The position numbers and the translations under genes were made by a program. Shown here piece by piece: positions 17,097-24,000 of a DNA stretch of 24,000 nt. The notes beneath the pieces were generated by a model that had not been told where the DNA came from, did no database searches, and saw only the letters and a program-made list of their open reading frames with translations. The DNA comes from Ignavibacteriales bacterium. GTDB lineage: Bacteria > Bacteroidota > Ignavibacteria > Ignavibacteriales > Ignavibacteriaceae. The stretch covers positions 637,448 to 661,447 of the forward strand of contig CP054182.1 in the NCBI GenBank assembly GCA_015709675.1, read 5' to 3'. Each line of letters starts with the position of its first letter. Position 1 is the first letter of the stretch.

Positions 17097-18296
17097 TTAA
17101 TCTTCATGTATTAAAAAATTTTGCCTTATTTTGAACTTATAATACTGAGAGCCAATTTTTTTCATTCTTTGATCAACAAAATAATCTTGATTAAAAGAAT
17201 AAATTGATAACTTATCACTATTTATTACATGCAACTGATTTTCATAACGTTTTGAGGCCGGAAACACTCTCCAATTTACCGGTTCGTTATGAATGTTAAA
17301 TATATCTCCGTCACTTAACTTCACAATAATTGCGTTTTCGCATTCAACTAAAATACCAAATAGTGCGTTTTTCGCAGAAACAAAATTCCCTTTCCAATTT
17401 TCAAGTTGAATTTCACCAAGTTTCCCGTACTCCCTATTATCTTTACTGTGCCATGGAGAATACTTTATAATTGATATTTTATCATTCTTTACCAGATAAA
17501 TTTTATCTTGCATTCCCCAGGAATATCCTGTTTCATTAAAAATACTACCGCTATACTTAATTTCTTTGAATTCTCTATGAACATGGTTGTTATCAGACTT
17601 TTTTTCGAAAGCGGCATGATAGCCATCAGACAAGTGTGAAGAGGCAAAAATACTGTAAAATGTCCAACCACAATCAGAACAATTGGATGAAGAAAGTTGC
17701 TTTGGCTCCCTAAAGTTACTTTCATCATTGAAATACTTGGATTCTAATCCTATTTGGTAAAGACCTTCATCACCGGCAGCTATTGCCAGGCTTCTATAGT
17801 TAGCGGAGATTGATAGCGAGGGAGCGTCCCATTTTCTTTCTTTTTTTGTACTAACTACGTATTTGTTTTTACGACGGTTACATGTTGCACGATGAATTCC
17901 ATCCTTTGAACTTGTATAAATACTATTACGGTAAATGATTGAATCTGAATGGGGAAATGGAAATGGATTATTTTGTTTAGTTAAAGTGCATCTCTCTATT
18001 TGGCTTTTGGAAATAAATAACTCCTTGTTTGAGAGATCTGAAAATTTACTAATTATTACTTGCTTGACTTCAGGATCATTAAATAATAAAGAAAATTCTG
18101 TGTTATATAAATAATCACTTCGCGAAAAGGAACACGTTAAAGCTAATTTCAAATAATCTTCAATATTTAATTCATCAAGAAGTCTATCCCAATTGACAGA
18201 AATAATTTCACCATTCAATGTGAATAAATATAGAATGCCGGAATAAATTTGTGAATCCCAAAATTGACCTTCTATGTCCAGTTTTATAGGCTGCAT
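17097..18296 (-). CDS. Hypothetical protein, 399 aa, with repetitive beta-strand-like segments (second gene of the AT-rich cassette)
   Basis: A long ORF in very AT-rich DNA, which is unlikely to stay open by chance. Its ATG overlaps the upstream gene's stop within ATGCAGCCTATAA. No recognisable catalytic or NTP-binding motif. Confidence 0.7.
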   Translation of the reverse strand: MQPIKLDIEGQFWDSQIYSGILYLFTLNGEIISVNWDRLLDELNIEDYLKLALTCSFSRSDYLYNTEFSLLFNDPEVKQVIISKFSDLSNKELFISKSQIERCTLTKQNNPFPFPHSDSIIYRNSIYTSSKDGIHRATCNRRKNKYVVSTKKERKWDAPSLSISANYRSLAIAAGDEGLYQIGLESKYFNDESNFREPKQLSSSNCSDCGWTFYSIFASSHLSDGYHAAFEKKSDNNHVHREFKEIKYSGSIFNETGYSWGMQDKIYLVKNDKISIIKYSPWHSKDNREYGKLGEIQLENWKGNFVSAKNALFGILVECENAIIVKLSDGDIFNIHNEPVNWRVFPASKRYENQLHVINSDKLSIYSFNQDYFVDQRMKKIGSQYYKFKIRQNFLIHED

Positions 18297-18694
18297 GGCT
18301 GACCTTTAGTTATTTTTCTAATTTTAGTCGGTGGGAATATTGATAAATTTAACCATTTATTAAGAATTTCAGTATCAGGAATATCATCTGTGCAGCGTTG
18401 ATAATCAATTGGATATCCATGCCAGTTTTGACCACCAACAAATTTTGCTATAAATAATTGTTTGGTACCATTTTGATCGATACCCAGATACTGAACTGAC
18501 GATGTATCGCTAAAGTGTAACCCCCAGCCAATCTGCTCTTTAATCCAATTCTCTGTAAGGCATCGTCTAAAACATTCAAATTCCTGCATCGCCGTAATAG
18601 TCCATTGGGATTTATTATTAGCTCCGTTTCTATGGTGCGGATGTGACCGATAACAAATGTTTGAAAATATAACAGTTTCATTAATTCGGGACAA
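18284..18694 (-). CDS. Hypothetical protein, 136 aa (first gene of the AT-rich cassette)
   Basis: TTG start preceded by AGGAG with a 6-nt spacer (AGGAG AATATT TTG). Features include a Cys/His cluster (C14, H18, H20, H21, C41, C45) and a QNWHGYPIDY segment. No family recognised. An alternative start is M36. Confidence 0.6.
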   Translation of the reverse strand: MSRINETVIFSNICYRSHPHHRNGANNKSQWTITAMQEFECFRRCLTENWIKEQIGWGLHFSDTSSVQYLGIDQNGTKQLFIAKFVGGQNWHGYPIDYQRCTDDIPDTEILNKWLNLSIFPPTKIRKITKGQPCSL

Positions 18695-18789
18695 AATATT
18701 CTCCTGTTTTTTTCTCTTAAATATAATGTACTTATTACAATCTGTAAAATGTCACCTCTTCGAGGTTCTGGGGCAATGGCGGATTGATT

Positions 18790-19270
18790 AGTTTCTACAG
18801 TAATGTCATCACTTCGTGATTTTGGCTGGTGTGTGTCTTTGCGGTTTTCTACCAATCTTCGACTCCTCCGGAGTCGGGTTGGGATTTTGGGGATGCGTAA
18901 TTTTCTACCAATTTGCGACTCCGCTGGAGTCAGAGGTTTCATGTCATCGGATTTCTACCAATGTACAATTCCTCCGGAATTGAATCGGGTTTTGAATCCG
19001 GAGGATTCACATCTTGGTAGTTATGATAAATGCCCCGCATAAGAACGAATCCGGAGGATTCGAATATCTCAGGAGAGAATCACCAGATTGTTCAAAAATC
19101 TGCGACTACTCTGAGTCGGGTTGGGATTTTGGGTATGCGCAATTTTCTTTCAAAATGCGATTCCGCTGGAGTCGGATGGAAAATTAATAATTCATCATTC
19201 AGATTTCAGAATTGTTTGCGACTCCTCCGGGGTCGGGGGGAATTTCATGTCATTGGATTTTCTACTAACC
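18790..19270. repeat. Family-2 hairpin-repeat field
   Basis: TTTCTACCAAT occurs at 18846, 18902 and 18952. A 47-nt module, CGACTCCTCCGGAGTCGGGTTGGGATTTTGGGGATGCGTAATTTTCT (18860..18906), repeats at 19103..19148 with 4 mismatches and 1 indel. Short hairpins include GACTCC-NNN-GGAGTC and GAATCC-GGA-GGATTC (18993, 19046). CATGTCAT(C/T)GGATTT(T)CTAC occurs twice. Confidence 0.8.
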
Positions 19271-19361
19271 CCAACTTAACCATCAGTGTGCTTAAAGCAC
19301 TAATCCCCTTACGAATAATTGAGCTCAAACCTCCAGTTGCTGGTTCCCGTTTGCCGGTATA

Positions 19362-19393
19362 GGGCGGCTCGCGAGCCGCCCCTGCAGTTTTTT
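19362..19393. terminator. Perfect 20-bp GC-rich palindrome followed by a T-run; possible (bidirectional) terminator
   Basis: GGGCGGCTCG/CGAGCCGCCC (19362..19381), then CTGCAG TTTTTT. It lies about 65-95 nt downstream of the tricorn-like gene, which is on the minus strand. The T-run, however, is on the plus-strand side, so the orientation is ambiguous. Confidence 0.4.
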
Positions 19394-19426
19394 AACACCA
19401 CTCAGCCGGGTGTTGGTTTCTGAATC

Positions 19427-19457
19427 AATTCACAATTTACAATTCACCATTCACAAT
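19427..19457. repeat. Degenerate tandem heptamer array (AATTCAC)n abutting a stop codon
   Basis: AATTCAC AATTTAC AATTCAC CATTCAC AATT. It runs into the stop codon (19457..19459) of the protease gene. Confidence 0.7.
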
Positions 19458-22400
19458 TATTTCAGCAGTTCTTCAACTGCGCGTTTGAGTTGTTCATCCA
19501 CGCCTTTTGCTTTGCTGTCAGGGTAGGTGTCAACTAAGATGTGCGGTATGGCGGGACCGGTTACTTCCTGGTTTTTGTCGTCAGCCAGGGTGTACCAGCC
19601 GCGGAACGGGAGCCGGACAAAGGAGCCGTCCATCAGTCCCCTGCCTCCGGTGGAGATGACGGAGCCGTTGGTTGGCTTGCCGACAAGTGTTCCGATGCCG
19701 AGGTTCTTATAAGCATGTGAAAAGATTTCTGCATTGGAGTAACTTGACTCATTGCAAAGCGTTATGCTCGGCTTCAGCCATGCAGTATATACAAGCCGCT
19801 CTCCGGTCGGATAGTAAGGACGGAATTTTGTTTTTTCTTTTTCTAGATCTTCTGCCGCGCCACGCGGTATGGTGTATGCGTGCTGTTTGTAGTTGAGTAT
19901 TGCCATCAGAAGGTCAGTGGTTGAACCGCCGCCGTTATAACGCACATCTATAACCAGCCCATCCTTGCCATAACCGGCAGCGGTTAGTTCGCGTTCAAAT
20001 TCTTCAAAGCTGACCATATCCATGCCGCGGATGTGTATATATCCGAGCTTTCCGCCGGAGTATTTGTCAGTGAGTGCTTTGCGGTCGGCAACCCACTCTT
20101 TATATATCTGTGTGCGGAGTGATGCTGCGGGACGTATAACCACATCGCGGGTTTTACCTTCTTTTCCTTCAACGGTCAGGAGTACCTGCTCATCAGCGGT
20201 GCCGGCGAAGAGTGAGTATATATTAACATCATCGGTAATCTTAACTGAACCGACCGAGCGGATGATATCCCCTTTCATCAGACGGCTTGCGGTGCGGTCT
20301 GCGGGTGAGCCGGGGATGACACGCAAAACCTCAACGCCGTTCTTAACGGGTTTCAGTTCAGCGCCAAGCAGCCCGGTTGCTTCTTTCTGTGTTTCAGCAC
20401 GGTCATTGCCTGAAAGCCCCATGTGGCTTGAGTTCAGTTCGCCGAGCATCCAGTTAAACATTTCGCGGAAATCACTTTCGGTTGAGGCCGCCATGCAAAG
20501 GGGGAGATATTTCGAGCGAAGGGCTTCCCAGTCCTTGCCGTGGAAATCAGGATCATAAAATCCGTCACGCAGGGTGCGCCATGCCTCGGCAAAGACCTGC
20601 TGCTTTTCCTGTTCGTAATCAATCTTCATCTTTAGTATATACGGAAGCGCTTCTGCCTTGTCGGTCTTCAGATCGTGACGGCTGAGTGAGCCGCCGGTTC
20701 TGAAGTAGTATAAATAAGCGCCGTCAGCTCCGCCTGATACTGCCATCGGGTTCTGTCCCCCTTTGGTCAGCTCTTTCAAATCTTTGCCGTCCCATTTGAT
20801 GCTGTAAAGGTCATTCCCCTTTGCGCTGCTTGAAGAACCGGTGTAATAAAACGTTTCGCCGTCTTTTGAAATGCGCGCGTTCCCCTCGTTGCCGGGGAAT
20901 GTGGTAACCTGTGTGAGGCGCTCGTGAATGTTTTCAAAGTCAATCACAACCGGAGTAACCTTCGCGCTGTCTTTTTTGCCTGCGGGCTTGTCATCCTTCT
21001 TTGCGGGTTCTTTGTCTTCCCAGTCCTGTTTGGTGCGCTCCCAGTCTTCTTTTTTCAGCCAGGCAAACCAGACATCGTTGTTGCGGCCATTGCGGGCAGA
21101 GATGAATCCGAGCTTTGAGCCGTCCGGCGACCAGACGGGGTTTGAGTCACCGCGCGGGTGCATGCTCACATTAACCGGCGGCTGTGAGTTGTCGGCGGCG
21201 TGTATATATACTTCGTCATTAAAATAGAGGTCGCTCATGCTGTAGGCAATCCAGCGGCTGTCAGGGCTCCAGGCGGCGTCATCAGCGGAAGCCCAGCCCT
21301 CGTGAAGAATGGTTTCTTTACCGAGTGAGCCCTCTTTGCTGATTTCAGCAACGATGAATGTACCGCGTCCACGCATAAAGGCAACTTTTTTGCCGTCCGG
21401 GGAAACGACCGGACGGGATTCATCCTCATCGGTTTTGGTAATGCGTATGACCTCATGGCGCAGCGAGCGGAACGGATTTGGCTGTGATTTATCAGCGCTG
21501 CGGAGTATATATAAATCAAAATTGTCATCCTCCCGGTCTGAAACAAAGAGGAGTGTGCTGTCATTAAGCCACGCGGGGTTCATATCGCGGAAAGGATGAT
21601 TAGAAACATTAACGCTGCGTGATTTATCCTTATCAACCTCCTTGATAAAAATCTCACCGCGGTTCACCAGTGCAACCAGTTTTCCGTTTGGTGAAACTTC
21701 ATATTCGCTGGCATCTTTGCTGAAGGATTTCAGTTCTTCCGGGTCGAAGCGGTTATCAGCCGGGACGGTTATATTCAGCTTTTCCGGTTTGGAAAAATTT
21801 TTCATAATCCAGAGTGATGTTCCCTGCTCAATCACTGCATGTTTTCCGTCACCTGAGACGGTGAAATAGCGGACTGCGTAGTCCTTAAAATTCGTAAGCT
21901 GTTCGGGCCTCCCCTGCGGCTGTCCTTCCTCGCTGAGGGTGATGCGGTATATATTATACTTTCCGTCAGCGGAGCTTATATACGCAAGAGTACGGCTGCC
22001 GGTCCATTGGGGCATCAGTTCGTTGCCGTTGGAAGGGGTGATATTGGTATAGGTGTTTTTCTTTGAATCGTAAAGCCAGATATTCTTATTTGCCGCACCG
22101 GTATATCCTTCGCGGGTAACAGGGTTTGATCCGCCGATGGTAATGGCAATAAAGCGGCCGTCGGGCGACTGCACCGCATCAGAGCCGAGAGCGTCAAGCA
22201 GGCGGTACTCTGTTCCCCCCGTGGGACTGATCGTATATACTTCCGGATCCCGTTCAACATGATTGAACTCCCTCACGGTTGCAAAGAGGATATTCCCCTG
22301 CTTAGTCCATGAAGTTACCATGTCACCGGAAGAGTTCCAGGTAAGGCGTCGTGCCTGTCCGCCGGATGCAGGGATGATGAAAATATCACTGTTGCCGAAG

Positions 22401-22648
22401 CGAGCGCCTGAGAAAACAATCTGGCTGCCGTCAGGACTGAAACGCGGATGTCCCTCGTTTCCCTCATGCACCGTCAGACGGAGTGCAGTACCGCCCGAGG
22501 AGGAGACTTTCCAGATATCCCCCTGGTAGGAAAAAGCCAGCTCACTGCCATCGTGGTTGAGCGCCGGATGGCGGAGCAGTTTTGCTTCACTCTGCGGAAA
22601 GAGTGATACGGTTGCAAAAAGGAGCAGTGCAGAAACTAATTTCAGCAT
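19457..22648 (-). CDS. Tricorn-like protease homologue (TolB-type beta-propellers + PDZ + S41 peptidase core)
   Basis: 1063-aa ORF with signal peptide MLKLVSALLLFATVSLFPQ. The N-terminus LLRHPALNHDGSELAFSYQGDIWKV and the repeated SPDG..(I/V)AF propeller motifs fit the family. A C-terminal S41-type core is present (VIDVRYNGGGS, CNESSYSNAEIFSHA). Confidence 0.9.
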   Translation of the reverse strand: MLKLVSALLLFATVSLFPQSEAKLLRHPALNHDGSELAFSYQGDIWKVSSSGGTALRLTVHEGNEGHPRFSPDGSQIVFSGARFGNSDIFIIPASGGQARRLTWNSSGDMVTSWTKQGNILFATVREFNHVERDPEVYTISPTGGTEYRLLDALGSDAVQSPDGRFIAITIGGSNPVTREGYTGAANKNIWLYDSKKNTYTNITPSNGNELMPQWTGSRTLAYISSADGKYNIYRITLSEEGQPQGRPEQLTNFKDYAVRYFTVSGDGKHAVIEQGTSLWIMKNFSKPEKLNITVPADNRFDPEELKSFSKDASEYEVSPNGKLVALVNRGEIFIKEVDKDKSRSVNVSNHPFRDMNPAWLNDSTLLFVSDREDDNFDLYILRSADKSQPNPFRSLRHEVIRITKTDEDESRPVVSPDGKKVAFMRGRGTFIVAEISKEGSLGKETILHEGWASADDAAWSPDSRWIAYSMSDLYFNDEVYIHAADNSQPPVNVSMHPRGDSNPVWSPDGSKLGFISARNGRNNDVWFAWLKKEDWERTKQDWEDKEPAKKDDKPAGKKDSAKVTPVVIDFENIHERLTQVTTFPGNEGNARISKDGETFYYTGSSSSAKGNDLYSIKWDGKDLKELTKGGQNPMAVSGGADGAYLYYFRTGGSLSRHDLKTDKAEALPYILKMKIDYEQEKQQVFAEAWRTLRDGFYDPDFHGKDWEALRSKYLPLCMAASTESDFREMFNWMLGELNSSHMGLSGNDRAETQKEATGLLGAELKPVKNGVEVLRVIPGSPADRTASRLMKGDIIRSVGSVKITDDVNIYSLFAGTADEQVLLTVEGKEGKTRDVVIRPAASLRTQIYKEWVADRKALTDKYSGGKLGYIHIRGMDMVSFEEFERELTAAGYGKDGLVIDVRYNGGGSTTDLLMAILNYKQHAYTIPRGAAEDLEKEKTKFRPYYPTGERLVYTAWLKPSITLCNESSYSNAEIFSHAYKNLGIGTLVGKPTNGSVISTGGRGLMDGSFVRLPFRGWYTLADDKNQEVTGPAIPHILVDTYPDSKAKGVDEQLKRAVEELLK

Positions 22649-22694
22649 GGGAAGTTTTCTTTCTTGATATTACCGGGAAACAAAAACGCAAAAT

Positions 22695-22733
22695 AATTAT
22701 GAATTATGAAGTATGAAGGATGAATTGATGAAC
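22695..22733. repeat. Degenerate tandem heptamer array (AATTATG)n upstream of the protease gene
   Basis: AATTATG AATTATG AAGTATG AAGGATG AATTGATG AAC. The reverse complement reads as (TTCATNN)n, so this is the same TTCAY family as 8871 and 19427 but in inverted orientation. Confidence 0.7.
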
Positions 22734-22794
22734 GGCGGAAAAAAGAAGGTAAAAGTTGCCAGGGCGTAAGGTTAAACGCATAGGGCGCGGAGTT

Positions 22795-22955
22795 TAGTAC
22801 GAAGTAACGCAGAGGTTTTATGGACGGTGCCCCCAGAAGAGTTCGCGCAAAGGCGCAAAGGTTTTCCGCAGATTTCGCAGATTAACGCAGAACATTATTG
22901 CTCAATGTCCCGAGAGTCCCCATTTTCCCCGGAAGAGCTCGCGCAAAGGGGGTGA
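22795..22955. repeat. Family-3 mosaic repeat, left copy
   Basis: Modules: AAGTAACGCAGAG (22802), GCGCAAAGGCGCAAAGG (22845), CGCAGATTAACGCAGAACATTATTGC (22876..22901), CCGGAAGAGCTCGCGCAAAGGG (22929..22950). Confidence 0.75.
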
Positions 22956-22971
22956 GGAGCAAAGGGGAAAT

Positions 22972-23586
22972 TTAGCTGATGGTTACATCTGAGGGGAAAT
23001 AGGCCAGCGTATGCACTTCGCCAATGTCTGAGTAGTGCTCGGTTCCGCGGGTGATGCAGATAATCTGCGGGAACATGATTTCCTTAAAGCCCTCTTCGGT
23101 CATGAGGATATATTCGTTTGCTTTGAGTGTGTTCTTTAATAAGCGGTGAACCAGGATAACATCTATGCCTGAGATTTCTTTGAACTCCCCTATTTCAATT
23201 ACATCAGCATTGCCGAAATGCACGATGATTTTAACACGGAGGCGGTCAATGATTTTGCAGGAGTCCCCTTCGCAGAGGATGGAGTTTGAAAGCTCCTGTA
23301 TTCTTTCAGAGAAAATGTCAAAAAAGGAAATCAGTTTTTCACCGATGCAGCAGCGGAGGGAATCCCATTCCTTGTCATCGGTATCTTTTAGTGCGTAAAG
23401 AAAAACAGCATCCCCCTCCAGCTTTGCTATTTTGAGGGGCATGTGCAGATGTTCGATGATGGTTTTGATAAGCTCCACAATAATCATCTGACTGCGGCTG
23501 ATGGTGCTTTTGTTGGCAATCATAAACTTGGTATAACCGCTTATATCGGCGATGATAAAAAGAGCTTTTCCTGAGAACCGGTGCAT
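22972..23586 (-). CDS. DUF2652-like protein (nucleotidyl-cyclase-like fold family)
   Basis: The track ORF starts at 23658. I prefer the ATG at 23586 (MHRFSGKALFIIADISGYTKF...), which gives the canonical family N-terminus. FIIADISGYTKF and KLEGDAVF resemble the class III cyclase-like metal/substrate motifs. The family name is from memory. Confidence 0.65.
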   Translation of the reverse strand: MHRFSGKALFIIADISGYTKFMIANKSTISRSQMIIVELIKTIIEHLHMPLKIAKLEGDAVFLYALKDTDDKEWDSLRCCIGEKLISFFDIFSERIQELSNSILCEGDSCKIIDRLRVKIIVHFGNADVIEIGEFKEISGIDVILVHRLLKNTLKANEYILMTEEGFKEIMFPQIICITRGTEHYSDIGEVHTLAYFPSDVTIS

Positions 23587-23674
23587 AAAAAAGGTGTTTG
23601 TAAGATTTAGGCTGCTAATATAATACGTATAGTAGTAAATCTGGCGGAAAAGGGTCACTGGGGAAAGGTTATAG

Positions 23675-23880
23675 GCAAAGTAACGCAGAGTTTAACAGGG
23701 TAATGACTCCCGGAAGAGCTCTCGCTAAGGGCATGAGGCGCAAATAGTCTCCCGCAGATTAACACAGAACATTATTGCCCTCTGTCCCCCGGAAAACCCC
23801 GAGCAAACAGGCAAAGGCACAAAGGTTTCCCGTAGTGTAACGCATCCCGGTGTCCCCCGCAAATCCTGCGCAAAGACACC
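23675..23880. repeat. Family-3 mosaic repeat, right copy
   Basis: The same modules in a different order: AAGTAACGCAGAG (23678), CCGGAAGAGCTCTCGCTAAGGG (23710..23731), CGCAGATTAACACAGAACATTATTGC (23753..23778, 1 mismatch to the left copy), GCAAAGGCACAAAGG (about 23811). Confidence 0.75.
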
Positions 23881-23935
23881 AGGAAGCTAAGAAAGAACTG
23901 CTTTTTAAAAACTGTTAAAACAGGCTGCTCAGCGT

Positions 23936-23970
23936 TCAATGTACATTGTTAATTGTACATTATACATTGA
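23936..23970. repeat. Degenerate tandem heptamer array (CATTGTA)n
   Basis: CAATGTA CATTGTT AATTGTA CATTATA CATTGAT, read directly from the sequence. Confidence 0.65.
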
Positions 23971-24000
23971 TCCGGTTTTTATGTTCTTCTGATAAACCGC

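Noticed and set aside
12330-18760. Calling the whole R-M plus cassette region a mobile element or genomic island with defined ends
   Set aside because: I could find no integrase, transposase, tRNA target or flanking direct repeats. A host-like lipoprotein gene interrupts the region. Only the compositional shifts support foreign origin.
18993-19062. tRNA-like sequence (GAATCCGGAGGATTCGAA resembles a T-arm context)
   Set aside because: No acceptor stem, D-arm or anticodon arm can be drawn around it. It is one of the family-2 short palindromes.
18448-19362. Track ORFs 18448..18942 (-), 18803..19042 (+) and 19030..19362 (+)
   Set aside because: They read through the family-2 repeat field, or overlap the better-supported 136-aa gene out of frame. 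They repeat peptide fragments such as SRVGILGMRNF that derive from the duplicated 47-nt module.
19527-22529. Short ORFs on either strand within the tricorn-like gene, plus similar ones inside the histidine kinase gene (9404..9805, 10269..10451, 10724..11062)
   Set aside because: They are shadow ORFs inside long, well-supported CDSs in GC-rich sequence.

Overview
Chromosomal window of about 50% G+C. It probably comes from the Ignavibacteriota/Bacteroidota (FCB) group; that is an inference from a T9SS-type C-terminal sorting domain with the NYPNPFNPST motif and the overall gene content. No rRNA, tRNA, CRISPR array, integrase or transposase was seen. Housekeeping and ordinary genes: a partial secreted Asp-box beta-propeller protein, a SAM methyltransferase, the mnmG-rsmG operon, a YciI-like protein, a T9SS cargo protein, a DUF1801 protein, a 7TM-PAS histidine kinase, a PhzF-family isomerase, a small lipoprotein, a tricorn-like S41 protease and a DUF2652 cyclase-like protein. 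Two things stand out. (1) A defence-island-like stretch at about 12.3-18.8 kb. It holds a tightly overlapping vsr-dcm-restriction endonuclease operon whose modules all point to CCWGG. The endonuclease looks like an EcoRII-N-like effector domain fused to an MvaI/BcnI-like PD-x4-EIK catalytic domain. Next comes a frameshifted 3' relic of a type I hsdM, then a markedly AT-rich cassette (16.3-18.7 kb, minus strand). The cassette has three genes (136 aa, 399 aa, and 195 aa with an N-terminal TM helix) in which I recognise no family. This cassette is my best candidate for an undescribed defence/toxin system. (2) The intergenic spaces are unusually long and structured. They contain a GC-rich hairpin repeat family (a 99-bp tandem array at 5.5-5.9 kb, with further copies at 6.5, 7.0-7.2 and, inverted, 8.5-8.8 kb). 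They also contain a second hairpin-repeat field (18.8-19.3 kb) and a third mosaic repeat family flanking the DUF2652 gene. Short degenerate tandem heptamer arrays abut or lie within about 50 bp of gene ends. One inverted pair of these arrays brackets a four-helix-bundle (Avd / 23S-IVS-protein family) gene inserted into the mnmG-rsmG operon. All functional calls come from motif recognition by eye; nothing was searched against a database.
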